A stretch of DNA of 64,000 bases from positions 1-64,000 of IMG/VR virus record IMGVR_UViG_3300032334_000335; one strand, given 5' to 3'. The notes below the pieces were generated by a model, which was not told the DNA's origin, did not search any database, and saw only the letters and a list, made by a program, of their open reading frames with translations. A program made the translations under genes and the position numbers. Shown piece after piece: positions 34,422 through 44,621 of the stretch. The stretch is from a virus. Positions within the stretch are counted from its first letter, which is position 1, and the number at the start of each line of letters is the position of its first letter.

Positions 34422-35782
34422 TTGACTACCCATTTTCCTGTTATGTCACAGCCATACATCAGTGAATCAGGATATTGTGTTTTTACTGTAGATATAAAAT
34501 CTCGATATTTTTCATCTGCTTCTTCACGTGTAAACATAACCATAGTAAAATCTGTGGCAAATATATTACTGTAATAAAAAAGTGGTCGTGTTGTTGTGAC
34601 ATTTGATAACACCGATGTTAGATCATTGTTGTCAAAGAGATTGCATTTTATAAACTCAGCTTTAGAAGATCTAAATATATTCCATAGTTTCTTAAATTTT
34701 TCTTCGCCGCCGAAATCTCTGAATAACAATAACTGGTTTTCTTCAACAGACGAGTTTATATATTTGTATTTCTTTTTAAGTTCTAGAGGTTTATTTTTAA
34801 TGTAGGAAGGAAAGTCGTTACCATCCCAATTTTCTTTTAAATCTTTAATCCAATCAAGAGACTCTTCACTGTAATCATAAAATACAAATTTAACATCGTC
34901 GTTGTAGTTTAATATGTCAAGATATTTAAATCCTGCAGCCGTTCCGACATATGTATCACAATATTTTAATGGAACACTAAATCGATAGTTTTCACTGTTG
35001 TAGATCCAAATAGTTGATTTAGGTGAGAGACTATTCTTTATCCATTTCTTTTGATTGGGGTTTGAAACTAGAGATTCATCTCTATTTAAAAATGCATTAT
35101 ATAGATTTTCGCTTTCGTGCTCTGGATAAATGTACAAACGACAATCTCTCATACGCTGTGTAAAATTATCAATCTGCATTCCGTTAGACAAAGCTGCTTT
35201 AATAAATCCCCAACCTGGATATCTACGAGTCATCATTGATGATCCGTCTGATCCTTTTATCCAATAAGGAGTATATCTGTCGTGGAAGTTTTCCTCTGAT
35301 CGAATATAGTTAGGCAGTTCTTCTGTAGCTGTTTCCCATCCTCCAAACTTCGGAGATCCTAACTTCTTCCATGTATGTACGTTAACTACCATCATCTGAT
35401 TATGTATTTCAATCCACCCTTCTCCTTTTTCACTTTGCCAATCAAGTGTAAAAGCAAGAAGGAAAAAAGAGGGGTTCGATTTGTAATAGTTATTAAGCTC
35501 TTCAAAAAAACTATTTTGTCTGATAAAGTTTCCCACTGATTGTACAATAACGATATCATAGTTATCAGAAGAATCCATGGCATCGTCAATGGTATTAAAA
35601 TATCTAACATCTCCCCGGGTCGTAGATTCTGATAGTCGTTGTGTCATTACAAACGTAATATCGAGAACTTTTTTAAATAACTTAGGGTGTTTATTTCTTA
35701 CTTCTGCTTGATCCACAACAGCATATAAGATCTTTTTAGATCCTAATACTTCTGGGTGTAAATTTACTTTGGTATAGCTCAT
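34418..35782 (-). CDS. Hypothetical two-domain protein, C-terminus possibly methyltransferase-like
   Basis: 454 aa; GTAAG..FVFYDYS..KCNLF..YYSNIF is weakly Rossmann-like. Confidence 0.5.
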   Translation of the reverse strand: MSYTKVNLHPEVLGSKKILYAVVDQAEVRNKHPKLFKKVLDITFVMTQRLSESTTRGDVRYFNTIDDAMDSSDNYDIVIVQSVGNFIRQNSFFEELNNYYKSNPSFFLLAFTLDWQSEKGEGWIEIHNQMMVVNVHTWKKLGSPKFGGWETATEELPNYIRSEENFHDRYTPYWIKGSDGSSMMTRRYPGWGFIKAALSNGMQIDNFTQRMRDCRLYIYPEHESENLYNAFLNRDESLVSNPNQKKWIKNSLSPKSTIWIYNSENYRFSVPLKYCDTYVGTAAGFKYLDILNYNDDVKFVFYDYSEESLDWIKDLKENWDGNDFPSYIKNKPLELKKKYKYINSSVEENQLLLFRDFGGEEKFKKLWNIFRSSKAEFIKCNLFDNNDLTSVLSNVTTTRPLFYYSNIFATDFTMVMFTREEADEKYRDFISTVKTQYPDSLMYGCDITGKWVVN

Positions 35783-36438
35783 AGGTATTGAAAATCCGAT
35801 GCGTAGTGTCCATGTACTATTATATGATATCTAGCTTCATTGCTTTGATTTATCACAATGTGTTCTCTTGCAACATCTAATACCATTCCTTTTCCTGCTT
35901 TAAAAGGAACTATGCCCTTTTCTCTAAAAACAAAATGGCATCCTTCAGGATTATTAATAGCAATGTTTAACGGTCCAAACAATCTTCCTGGCCCATCTGT
36001 GTGCGGCATTATATAACCGCCAGGAGCAAGTCTCATGATCCTAACACGATCAAACTTAGTGTATGGTAATGATTTTAAAAAGTTACAGAGATTAGGAAGT
36101 TGTTCACATACATCTGTCCAGTGATATCCTGCTTCATCTAAACTAGTAAAACCATATTTGGTATAATGTTCGGTCTTGTGCTTGTCTATTCCATGCAGAG
36201 TTAAACTCTGCCATCCTTCATGCCCGTAGCCTTTTTTCTTATCCTGACTTCGATGATTAAAATATAAATCATCAACACCTTGGCATTCTTCTAGAAACAA
36301 AGCATGATCAAAATCAAACTGTACAGGATAAAACATGCATTCGTTATCTTCCTTTGCAGACATAACAGATCCATGAACAGGGTTTTTAAAATCCTTGTTC
36401 TGATTATAAAAATCAATAAGTTCTTGTGGAAACAACAT
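35779..36438 (-). CDS. 2OG-Fe(II) oxygenase, Asp/Asn beta-hydroxylase-like
   Basis: RVRIMRLAPGGYIMPHTD (HxD) ... H.VIN...RYHIIVH. Confidence 0.85.
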   Translation of the reverse strand: MLFPQELIDFYNQNKDFKNPVHGSVMSAKEDNECMFYPVQFDFDHALFLEECQGVDDLYFNHRSQDKKKGYGHEGWQSLTLHGIDKHKTEHYTKYGFTSLDEAGYHWTDVCEQLPNLCNFLKSLPYTKFDRVRIMRLAPGGYIMPHTDGPGRLFGPLNIAINNPEGCHFVFREKGIVPFKAGKGMVLDVAREHIVINQSNEARYHIIVHGHYASDFQYL

Positions 36439-37292
36439 TATTTTAATTTCTCTTCTATATTTGAACTAAAGCCGGCCTTGAACATATCAGACAAGAATCC
36501 TTTTTCTACGTATTCTCGATATTGTTGTTTTGTTACCAACGGTTCAAACATATTGGCTCGAAAAGAATCGTAGTTAAACACAGTTAAGTCTTGTGTCTTT
36601 AATGCATGAAATATAATGTTTGCAAAAATCTGAGCATTTATTTTCGAAAGATGGTTGAATCGGATGTCATACCCTGTATTCTTAACCCAATCATTATAAG
36701 ATTTGAAATTAATAATCTCAGACTCAGACACTTTTCCAAGAAAAAAATCCGGACATAAGAAGTTTGTCGGGCGATCTCCCATTGGTAGTGTTATGTTAAA
36801 GTTACTTTGAGAATATGTTTGAACTACTAAAAACTTAGAGTTAGGATATGCTTGAGCTAGAGATTTAATAGTATGTATATAAGAATAATAGTTAATAGCA
36901 TCTATATGCATATCTCTATTTGTTATATAAAACTCTAGATGTTTTCTGTTTTTAATAAACCAGTTAGCTGCTTCGCCTTCGTACGACTCGATATTATTCC
37001 AAAAATAGCAAGATGTCTCAGGATACATCAACTGTATATTAAAATGTAAACGCCCTGCATTAGTCATAACAAATATTACTACATCGCCATCTACTAATTT
37101 GTTTGTAGATACGTCTTCTACTAGTTTTCTCATAGAATAGGATAAACTGCTACCAGCAACTGCAGAGTTTGACACTGGCATATTTAAAAAGTGGCCAACT
37201 CTTTCCATCCAAGAAACTATTTCCTTGGCGTGTTCGTTGCCTCCATATTGCTGAGATGCAAAACTATCTCCGTAAATCCTAAGGGTGTTCAT
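36438..37292 (-). CDS. SGNH/GDSL-like protein
   Basis: IYGDSF, AVAGSS, RFNHLS. Confidence 0.6.
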   Translation of the reverse strand: MNTLRIYGDSFASQQYGGNEHAKEIVSWMERVGHFLNMPVSNSAVAGSSLSYSMRKLVEDVSTNKLVDGDVVIFVMTNAGRLHFNIQLMYPETSCYFWNNIESYEGEAANWFIKNRKHLEFYITNRDMHIDAINYYSYIHTIKSLAQAYPNSKFLVVQTYSQSNFNITLPMGDRPTNFLCPDFFLGKVSESEIINFKSYNDWVKNTGYDIRFNHLSKINAQIFANIIFHALKTQDLTVFNYDSFRANMFEPLVTKQQYREYVEKGFLSDMFKAGFSSNIEEKLK

Positions 37293-37293
37293 G

Positions 37294-38244
37294 TTAATCG
37301 TTAAAAATCTTGTTTATATTTACATCTGTAGTACAATGACAAATGCGTTTATTACATATTACAGGATCAGTAGGCCACATAATACCTTCCGGATTGTTGA
37401 TATTTCCTATCGACCCATTAATCCCACAGTTTGATAATAGTATATCTCCATGATGGTCCACAAATAAACTCTTTAATCCCACTTCGCAAGAATATCCGTA
37501 AAAGTTTGTCATACCATCATTGATATATTTCAATGAGTTTGGTGCGTGTTCAACTTCGCCGTCATCTAGATAAAAATCAGACCATATGTCTACTGTTTTT
37601 GGCTGAACTTCAAAATGCGATAGAAACTTTTCAGTGTTGCCGTTGTTATGGTTGAACCATTCTAGTTGCTCATTGGAATATAAATGTGCTGATCGATTCT
37701 CACCAGTCCAATCTAAAATTCTTACAGGTTCTACTCTTACGTGTTCGATTTTAGATAGTTTTTCAATCATTTCAATACAATGATCCCATCTCGAAGGCAG
37801 CATCATGACTCGGACACAAACAGGAGTATGCCAGCCTGCGGCTGAAATCTTTTCAACAAACTGCGGATCAGGAAACTCTGGGTGATAAGAAAAACAAATG
37901 TAGTTTAGCATCTTAGCTATTTCATCCCAGTATCTTACTGGTTTAGCTGCATTACTAGTCAATCCAATAGTATGTCCAGCTTCATAAAATGTTTTTACAA
38001 TCTCAGGAAGAAACGGACTTACACTCGGTTCGCCACCTGCTATAGTACAATGTATAGTTGGATATTTTTTAAACAACTGCTGAAAGAATCTTCTGGCATT
38101 ATCCCAATCATAGTTATGATTTGCACCATTATGCAAACTCGCAGGACAATAAGAACAAGAGTTAGTACATATATTGTTGATAATCCATGTGAGATGTAAT
38201 GACGGAGCTGTAGGAGCTTGTACTACTTTTATTATTTTTTTCAT
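37294..38244 (-). CDS. Radical SAM protein with C-terminal Cys-rich domain
   Basis: CTNSCSYC, GGEP, C-terminal C...C...CNKRICHCTTD. Confidence 0.9.
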   Translation of the reverse strand: MKKIIKVVQAPTAPSLHLTWIINNICTNSCSYCPASLHNGANHNYDWDNARRFFQQLFKKYPTIHCTIAGGEPSVSPFLPEIVKTFYEAGHTIGLTSNAAKPVRYWDEIAKMLNYICFSYHPEFPDPQFVEKISAAGWHTPVCVRVMMLPSRWDHCIEMIEKLSKIEHVRVEPVRILDWTGENRSAHLYSNEQLEWFNHNNGNTEKFLSHFEVQPKTVDIWSDFYLDDGEVEHAPNSLKYINDGMTNFYGYSCEVGLKSLFVDHHGDILLSNCGINGSIGNINNPEGIMWPTDPVICNKRICHCTTDVNINKIFND

Positions 38245-39287
38245 AAATTAATTATCTCTGCTTTCTTAATGCTGTTAAAAGCACTCCATACATTTATGTT
38301 CCATTCAATCTTTTCTTTTTCAGAAAGTTCAGGAAGATGAATGATCTCGCCTTCTTTTATTTTGTAACTATGCAATCTAGCTACTGGTATAAATCCTAAA
38401 GCAAGATCTTCAAGTCTCATTCTAGGATTGATTTTTTCTGAAAAGTTATTTTTTCTCCACCAGTTGTAAAGATCAATACGTGTCGAATAATCAGAATCTG
38501 GCCTAAAATTCATATATGATTCAGCTGCAAATCTTGCTTGAGGGCGGATTTGTCCTCGGATAACAACTTCAATATCATCGTCATGACATGCACTTGACCA
38601 ATGCTTTCCAAGAGTGTTGTATCCAAGATATAACCAACCCCATTTATGTTCCGATGTAAACAAAAAATAATCTTCAGGTTCTAATGGCTCGTGCAAATAA
38701 TCTTCAGGAACAATATCATTAGGATCGCCCTTAGGCAAAAAATCAAATAAGCAAGTACATATAGATTTCGTTTCTTTATTCCATGTTCTATATACAGCTT
38801 CAAAATTATGAATCTGCTCATTTAATCTTAAAAAAGCAGCGTGAGTAATTTTATCATGAATGTCTCCTGGCCAAACAGGATTGTATTCAGGATGCTCGGA
38901 TGGTTTATCAAAGTAACCTTCGGAAATAAGACGTTCTAATCTATCTCCGTATACTTCAAACTCCTCGTGAAGATCATTTAAAACGTGAGCATTGTTTCGT
39001 AAATCTTCTACAGAAACTATTTCTGTTAAATGCCTATCGTAGTGTGCATTGATATACTCAATATTCTGTTTAAACTCTTGAAAGTTTTCTTCAATCTCTA
39101 CTTCATTTAAAATTTTTCTGTAGTTAAACTTGATTAAGTTATTTCTAGAGTTATTCTCGTCAATCAACCTCGACCATCTGTCAGCTATATCCATGTCAAC
39201 AATAGCATAGAATAACTCGAGATTGTCTTGAGTTTTAGAGTTTTCTACTGTGACCTTAAGAGTTTTATTCTTTTTCCAGTCGGTCAT
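38241..39287 (-). CDS. Hypothetical protein
   Basis: 348 aa; LNDLHEEFE, LNEQIH..E, LYLGYNTLGK. Confidence 0.7.
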   Translation of the reverse strand: MTDWKKNKTLKVTVENSKTQDNLELFYAIVDMDIADRWSRLIDENNSRNNLIKFNYRKILNEVEIEENFQEFKQNIEYINAHYDRHLTEIVSVEDLRNNAHVLNDLHEEFEVYGDRLERLISEGYFDKPSEHPEYNPVWPGDIHDKITHAAFLRLNEQIHNFEAVYRTWNKETKSICTCLFDFLPKGDPNDIVPEDYLHEPLEPEDYFLFTSEHKWGWLYLGYNTLGKHWSSACHDDDIEVVIRGQIRPQARFAAESYMNFRPDSDYSTRIDLYNWWRKNNFSEKINPRMRLEDLALGFIPVARLHSYKIKEGEIIHLPELSEKEKIEWNINVWSAFNSIKKAEIINL

Positions 39288-40594
39288 TCTACCCTTCCTA
39301 CTAGATCCTTAACTACTGTCATCTCTGGGATTACTTCAAAGGTATTTTCATTTCTAAGTTCATCAATCTTATTAGTGTTCCACATAAACTTCTGGGCTGC
39401 ATATAAATCAAATGGTTTTTCAAGCTCGCTGAAAATGTGAGTGAATGCATGATCAATAGTTGTATTGTACTTCTTATTATGCTCGCTGATAAACAATTTA
39501 AGTTCTGCTATTGTTTCTTTTCTATAGTCATCTGGCAATATATGAACATGATAATGAGTTGGATGTTCTAAAAGATTAATAAAGAAATTTTGATACTTGT
39601 GTCTTTCGCAGACCACACCAATATCAATAAGGTGATTGATTATCGCAGGCAGTCTACGAACGTTCCATGCACCGATGGTCATACCTGGCCTTACAGTTAT
39701 GTTATCTAACGTAGTTAGTAACTTTAAGTTTTCTTCTACTTTAGACCAAACAGTTCCAGATCGTATTAACTCGGCACGTGGTCCGATCTCGTCAATGCTT
39801 GGCCAAACTTCAATTTTTCCATTTTCCCATTGACTCCAATAATCTAATGCGCTCTTTCCATTATATGTCAACGTAGAACAGTTTGTATTGTAACTGATCT
39901 TAACATCAAACCTTTTATTTTCAACTAGAAGATCTAAAGTCTGCCAATGTTCCGGCATGAGCAATGGTTCGCCGCCTGCAAAATAAATTTTCTGCACATG
40001 CTTGACTTGATCCTTTAGAAAATCATAGTTAGTCTTGTCTTCGACGCTTTCAATACTCCATACTTTTTCTTGGTCCGACCATCCTAGCTTTTTGTGATCA
40101 GGGACCCAAGCCGAACTGTAGCGTGGTCCGCAGCTTCTGCATTTAAAGTTGCAGAGATTACTGAATCGAAAATCCCAATATTTTAACTGCATAGTCTTAC
40201 AGGTACCGTCAGGTTCGGTAATTTCTGGAATGATTTTTATAAAATCTTTAAACTCTTTGTTCTGCCAATATCTGCCGCTTTCACCTGTAACTTTTTCTCT
40301 ATCAAAACAAGTGGCGCAAATCTTTGGTTCTTCTTTATTAAGAAACTGTACTCGCAACTCTTTCATATTATCGCTATTCCAAATTTCTTCAATAGACTGT
40401 TTGTTTAAGTCTCCGGCAAAATAGTTATGATGACTTGTAAGACAGCAAGGGACTACTTTACCATTTGGTTCAAAATTTAAATGTAGGAATGGTACAACAC
40501 AAAGGGTTTCTTTAGACATTTGGTTCTTCTTTTTAATGAGCTTACGTTTATATTTACGATAATACTTTTCTAGTGTAGCATATATTGGAATCAT
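39284..40594 (-). CDS. Radical SAM protein with N-terminal SPASM/twitch-like domain
   Basis: CVVPF...VPCC...CATC, then CNFKCRSC and FAGGEP. Confidence 0.9.
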   Translation of the reverse strand: MIPIYATLEKYYRKYKRKLIKKKNQMSKETLCVVPFLHLNFEPNGKVVPCCLTSHHNYFAGDLNKQSIEEIWNSDNMKELRVQFLNKEEPKICATCFDREKVTGESGRYWQNKEFKDFIKIIPEITEPDGTCKTMQLKYWDFRFSNLCNFKCRSCGPRYSSAWVPDHKKLGWSDQEKVWSIESVEDKTNYDFLKDQVKHVQKIYFAGGEPLLMPEHWQTLDLLVENKRFDVKISYNTNCSTLTYNGKSALDYWSQWENGKIEVWPSIDEIGPRAELIRSGTVWSKVEENLKLLTTLDNITVRPGMTIGAWNVRRLPAIINHLIDIGVVCERHKYQNFFINLLEHPTHYHVHILPDDYRKETIAELKLFISEHNKKYNTTIDHAFTHIFSELEKPFDLYAAQKFMWNTNKIDELRNENTFEVIPEMTVVKDLVGRVE

Positions 40595-42282
40595 ACATTT
40601 TCTCTCGTTAACTTAAACTGTTGTTCTAGCCAATCAAAATCATTGATCTTCGCTAGATCAGAGGGAGAATCTTTCCATTTCATCCCAAACTCTTTGCCGG
40701 CAAGTGCTCCTGCATATGCATAGAATCCATAAGGAACATTTTCTTCTAATGTACACCAGCGGTCTAATCGAGTCTGTGTCTCAGCTTCAACTTGCCCATC
40801 GATAATTTTACTTGCCAGTTTACAGCATTCTCTAAAAGCAGACTTCCAGGTGTTAAACGGATCAGTGTTAAACGATGTAATATTCGACACTCGAGGGATG
40901 GCTCTAAATCGCTTACTGATAGATGTAGTCATATCAGCTGAAGATGTATCCATAGCTAATGTTAAATCTCTAGGCAACAGTTTAACTCCTCCATAACCAT
41001 ACGTTAGATTGTTAATGGGATTTTTACTATGCCATACACAGACAATGTCTCGTTCATATCGAGAAACTCGATAATCAAAGTTGAAATCATCAGTTATTAC
41101 AGCATCACCATCGACTACCCAAAACATGTGTGTATCTACTAGTTTAGCTGCTTCTATATGTGCCTGATGTATTCCTTTAACACCGTGAACTCGTTTTGCA
41201 TTTTTAAATCTCGAAGATAGATTTTTAAAATTTTCATCTGCATTTGGTTCATTGTAACTAATGAAAACTATGTCATATGGTTTATGAACTGATACTACTA
41301 TCTCATGCTCTTTCTGCTCTAGCAAAAATCTAAAATCTATTTCTTTAGCAGTCCTTGGTGAATGTTTTGACATCAGCATGATACCATTGTATGTTTTTTC
41401 ACTTTTAAATCTGTGTTGAAATGCATGATTTATATTTCTATCAAAGTCATAAGCACCGTTATTAGGATCAAAATATAAATCAAATATTGTTTCGTCGGTG
41501 ACTTTTATTTCTGGCCATATGACCCAAAACATTTCTTGGGGTGATGTTTCTAGTAGCTGTTGATATTCTGCGTATGTATCTATAAAATATCTAGGATATC
41601 TGCTTATAGTTACAACAGTATCGTGTTCTTTTTTGTCTACAGGAAATCTGTTTTCGATTTCTCTCTTAGACAGTGGATTATTCCTCGGACTTAACATTGT
41701 TCCATTAACATATTCCTCAGATGGTCCGCATCTGTTTTTAAAAATATGTGTGGTATTTCTGTCAAAGTCATATGTGCCGTCTAACGGATCAAAAAATATT
41801 TTAAAAACTGAATCATCTAATATCTCCGTGCCTTCCCATACAGTCCACAACATTTCCGTTGTTGAAGAGTTGACAGCTTTTAAATAATCGTCATACGAAG
41901 ATATTGTGAATCTATCATATACTCTAGGTTTAGATAACTCAATGTCTATTTCTTTTTTTTCTAAGAAAAATCTATTATCAAACTCTTTATTAGATACAGA
42001 TGATTTTTTTGGAAATAGGCAAATACCCGAACGTCTAAAATTATAAAAACCATTTTTAAATACGTGTATGTATTTTCGATCCCATACTGGGACTTCGAAA
42101 GTTTTTAAATCAATAATATCATTTAATACGACATCATCCCACATGACCCAAAACATCGATGTTAGAGATCGGCGTGATATCTCATTAAATGAGATATTCT
42201 CAAATCGCTGAGCAAGCGGATATTTAGATTTTAGCTTTTGCCATTCGTCGGTTTCTTTTCCGACATAAAATATATCATACAT
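40591..42282 (-). CDS. GT-A-like protein with three N-terminal repeats
   Basis: Repeated M(F/L)W..W...H.F...G..L...KE units; C-terminal YDIVFISYNEPNA...WVVDGD. Confidence 0.7.
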   Translation of the reverse strand: MYDIFYVGKETDEWQKLKSKYPLAQRFENISFNEISRRSLTSMFWVMWDDVVLNDIIDLKTFEVPVWDRKYIHVFKNGFYNFRRSGICLFPKKSSVSNKEFDNRFFLEKKEIDIELSKPRVYDRFTISSYDDYLKAVNSSTTEMLWTVWEGTEILDDSVFKIFFDPLDGTYDFDRNTTHIFKNRCGPSEEYVNGTMLSPRNNPLSKREIENRFPVDKKEHDTVVTISRYPRYFIDTYAEYQQLLETSPQEMFWVIWPEIKVTDETIFDLYFDPNNGAYDFDRNINHAFQHRFKSEKTYNGIMLMSKHSPRTAKEIDFRFLLEQKEHEIVVSVHKPYDIVFISYNEPNADENFKNLSSRFKNAKRVHGVKGIHQAHIEAAKLVDTHMFWVVDGDAVITDDFNFDYRVSRYERDIVCVWHSKNPINNLTYGYGGVKLLPRDLTLAMDTSSADMTTSISKRFRAIPRVSNITSFNTDPFNTWKSAFRECCKLASKIIDGQVEAETQTRLDRWCTLEENVPYGFYAYAGALAGKEFGMKWKDSPSDLAKINDFDWLEQQFKLTRENV

Positions 42283-43168
42283 TTATCGGCACCGAAAAAT
42301 ATGTAAGACCGAGATTAACAGCTTCTTCATAGAGATCAAGAGTGTACTTGCTTTGTTGGGCATTAAAGTTTGGCCAATCGAATCCAAGTTTTACTTTTAG
42401 GTTTCTTCCAAGATCTTCTATTTCATATCCTAGATGATCGTGGTTAACATGTTGTTCATATATATTTCTTAATATTTCAAAATCTCTAACTTGTACATAA
42501 TCCCAATCGGTGCAGTTAGTCATCCATGTGCCTAGTCGGGCACCGTGTATTGCATAAAGACCATTTTCTTCGTGTGCTCCAACTGTTGACCACATACGCA
42601 ATCTATGAATATTGTGCCACCAAATGCGTTCTTTGATTTCCTGAGGTGGAACTTTAACTCCGTCAAGCAATGTCATTTTAACACCTTCACGGAATCCTGC
42701 TCTCCAGGCTTGGAATGGACTACCTGTAATAATACTATCGCTGTATACTCTTGGAAAATTACGATATCCATCTTCCCAACAAAAATCAACCTGTCCTCTT
42801 TCGCTATCACTGGCTTCATGTGTTTTCATGTTTAAAACAAAATCACGTTTCCAAACTTTTGGGCCGCCATTACCGTAACATAAGCCGTTAATAACATTCT
42901 TTCCGCACCATCCATAGACTTGAATCTTTGGATCGGACATATCGAGATCAAGATTAAAAAACTTTGGATCAACGATGTTATCTGCGTCAATGGTTACGAA
43001 CCATTCAGTTTCTGAAGCTTCGGCGGCAGCTTTGTGTGCAGCATCTGACCCTTTAACTCCATGTATACGTTTTGCCCAAGGCACTTTATTACACAGATCT
43101 GCATAGTGTAAATCAGCATTAGGTTCATCATAGCTGAGAAAAATAATATCAAACTCTATTACTTTCAT
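42275..43168 (-). CDS. GT-A-like glycosyltransferase
   Basis: DIIFLSYDEPNAD, IDADN (DxD), AWRAGFREGVK; paralog of the neighbouring gene's C-domain. Confidence 0.7.
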   Translation of the reverse strand: MKVIEFDIIFLSYDEPNADLHYADLCNKVPWAKRIHGVKGSDAAHKAAAEASETEWFVTIDADNIVDPKFFNLDLDMSDPKIQVYGWCGKNVINGLCYGNGGPKVWKRDFVLNMKTHEASDSERGQVDFCWEDGYRNFPRVYSDSIITGSPFQAWRAGFREGVKMTLLDGVKVPPQEIKERIWWHNIHRLRMWSTVGAHEENGLYAIHGARLGTWMTNCTDWDYVQVRDFEILRNIYEQHVNHDHLGYEIEDLGRNLKVKLGFDWPNFNAQQSKYTLDLYEEAVNLGLTYFSVPINV

Positions 43169-43788
43169 TTGATTTCCATTACATAGTTTTTAAATAATCT
43201 TCTTGTATAAACACTAAACTTCGCAGGAACATCAACATCTTCATAAATCATCGGAGATTCGCTTAGATCGGAAATTTTAAAAGACAGCATTTTATAAAGA
43301 ACATTAGGATCATTATAGTCTGTTATAAGAAAACTCATTTCTAAAGAACCTTCCCATATTACTTTACGTTTCTTTGCAGGTTGATATTTCTTAGGAAGTT
43401 TTTTTGAACCTCCAAGTTCCTCTGTTAACTCGAAAGTTAAAGTTTTTTTCTTTTTATTATATGTTACAAATAAATCTGGTTTTTCGATATCCGACCATTT
43501 CTTGTCAACTATTCTGTGTAATACATCATCTATCTTATAGACATTCTTAAGCTCGGCAACTTCAAAAGTACCAGTGGTAAGATCTACAAAACAATTTTGT
43601 ATTCTTACTTTGCCTTCGATGACTCTTTCAGCGATCTCATTGTCTATAACAATCTTGTTAGTCTCGTGTTCAAAAGCCGATTCGGGTCCGATACTTACAA
43701 TTTCTCCAGTATCGGAATTAAACAACGCTACGTAAATCAACGGAACATAAGGAATTTCTAAAGGTTCAAGTTCGATTACTTCTTCCAT
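43165..43788 (-). CDS. Hypothetical protein
   Basis: 207-aa coupled ORF. Confidence 0.65.
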   Translation of the reverse strand: MEEVIELEPLEIPYVPLIYVALFNSDTGEIVSIGPESAFEHETNKIVIDNEIAERVIEGKVRIQNCFVDLTTGTFEVAELKNVYKIDDVLHRIVDKKWSDIEKPDLFVTYNKKKKTLTFELTEELGGSKKLPKKYQPAKKRKVIWEGSLEMSFLITDYNDPNVLYKMLSFKISDLSESPMIYEDVDVPAKFSVYTRRLFKNYVMEIK

Positions 43789-44621
43789 AAAATCTCCTCT
43801 AATACGTTAATAAACTCATCTGTCATTTTATCTTTTTCTACATAATGAACAATATTGTGTTGTTGGTAGTTTCCTATTTTTAGCTTGCCAGATTTGTTAA
43901 GATAAAATCCAACATGATCTGATACTGTTTCTGCTTCCCATGGCCAGTTCTGTATCAACGGTTTTAGATGAGTGACTCTCGGAAACTCTAACTTATAAGA
44001 AATATCGTCGGCAATATCTAATAGTTTAGCCGAAAGTGCGAATGCTTCATCTGTTCCTAACACTCTAGGTTTATAAGCAGAAAGATGCAGATTAGAAAAC
44101 TCCACAGGATTGCTTATTATAGCACGACCTAAGGTAAAAAATTCATTGGCTATCTCCGAATCTTTCTTGAAAAATGTCCAGAAAGAATAGAGATTAGGTA
44201 GATCATTTTTAATAAACGCTTTTCTGTAGTGCTCATCTTTTACAATCTCATCTCGATATGTATAAGATCTATTGGCTATGTATAACTCTGAGTTTGCAAT
44301 AAAGTAATCAATCCAATGACTGTAATCTCTGGTGAACAACATGTCAGCATCTAAGCATACTGTCTGATCAAAAGGAGTTAGTTTATCCATCCAACTGCGA
44401 CCATCCCAGTGCGGAGGCAACTCCTTCTCGATTATATGATCAAACACCCATAAAGATTTGAATCTCTCTAGCTGGCTTTTATCATCAATAACTATCGCAA
44501 CTCTATCATATCCTTCTTTTTGAGTATTTTTAATACTGATAGCAAGGGCATATGCCATTGCAGGATAATCGATCGTTGATACATTGTTTGTAGATACTAC
44601 TATAAGATAACCAAAATTCAT
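43776..44621 (-). CDS. GT-A (GT8-like) glycosyltransferase
   Basis: TPFDQTVCLDADML, TDEAFAL, THLKP. Confidence 0.7.
   Translation of the reverse strand: MNFGYLIVVSTNNVSTIDYPAMAYALAISIKNTQKEGYDRVAIVIDDKSQLERFKSLWVFDHIIEKELPPHWDGRSWMDKLTPFDQTVCLDADMLFTRDYSHWIDYFIANSELYIANRSYTYRDEIVKDEHYRKAFIKNDLPNLYSFWTFFKKDSEIANEFFTLGRAIISNPVEFSNLHLSAYKPRVLGTDEAFALSAKLLDIADDISYKLEFPRVTHLKPLIQNWPWEAETVSDHVGFYLNKSGKLKIGNYQQHNIVHYVEKDKMTDEFINVLEEILWKK

Noticed and set aside
37294-40594. RiPP biosynthetic cluster
   Set aside because: No precursor peptide, RRE, protease or transporter adjacent
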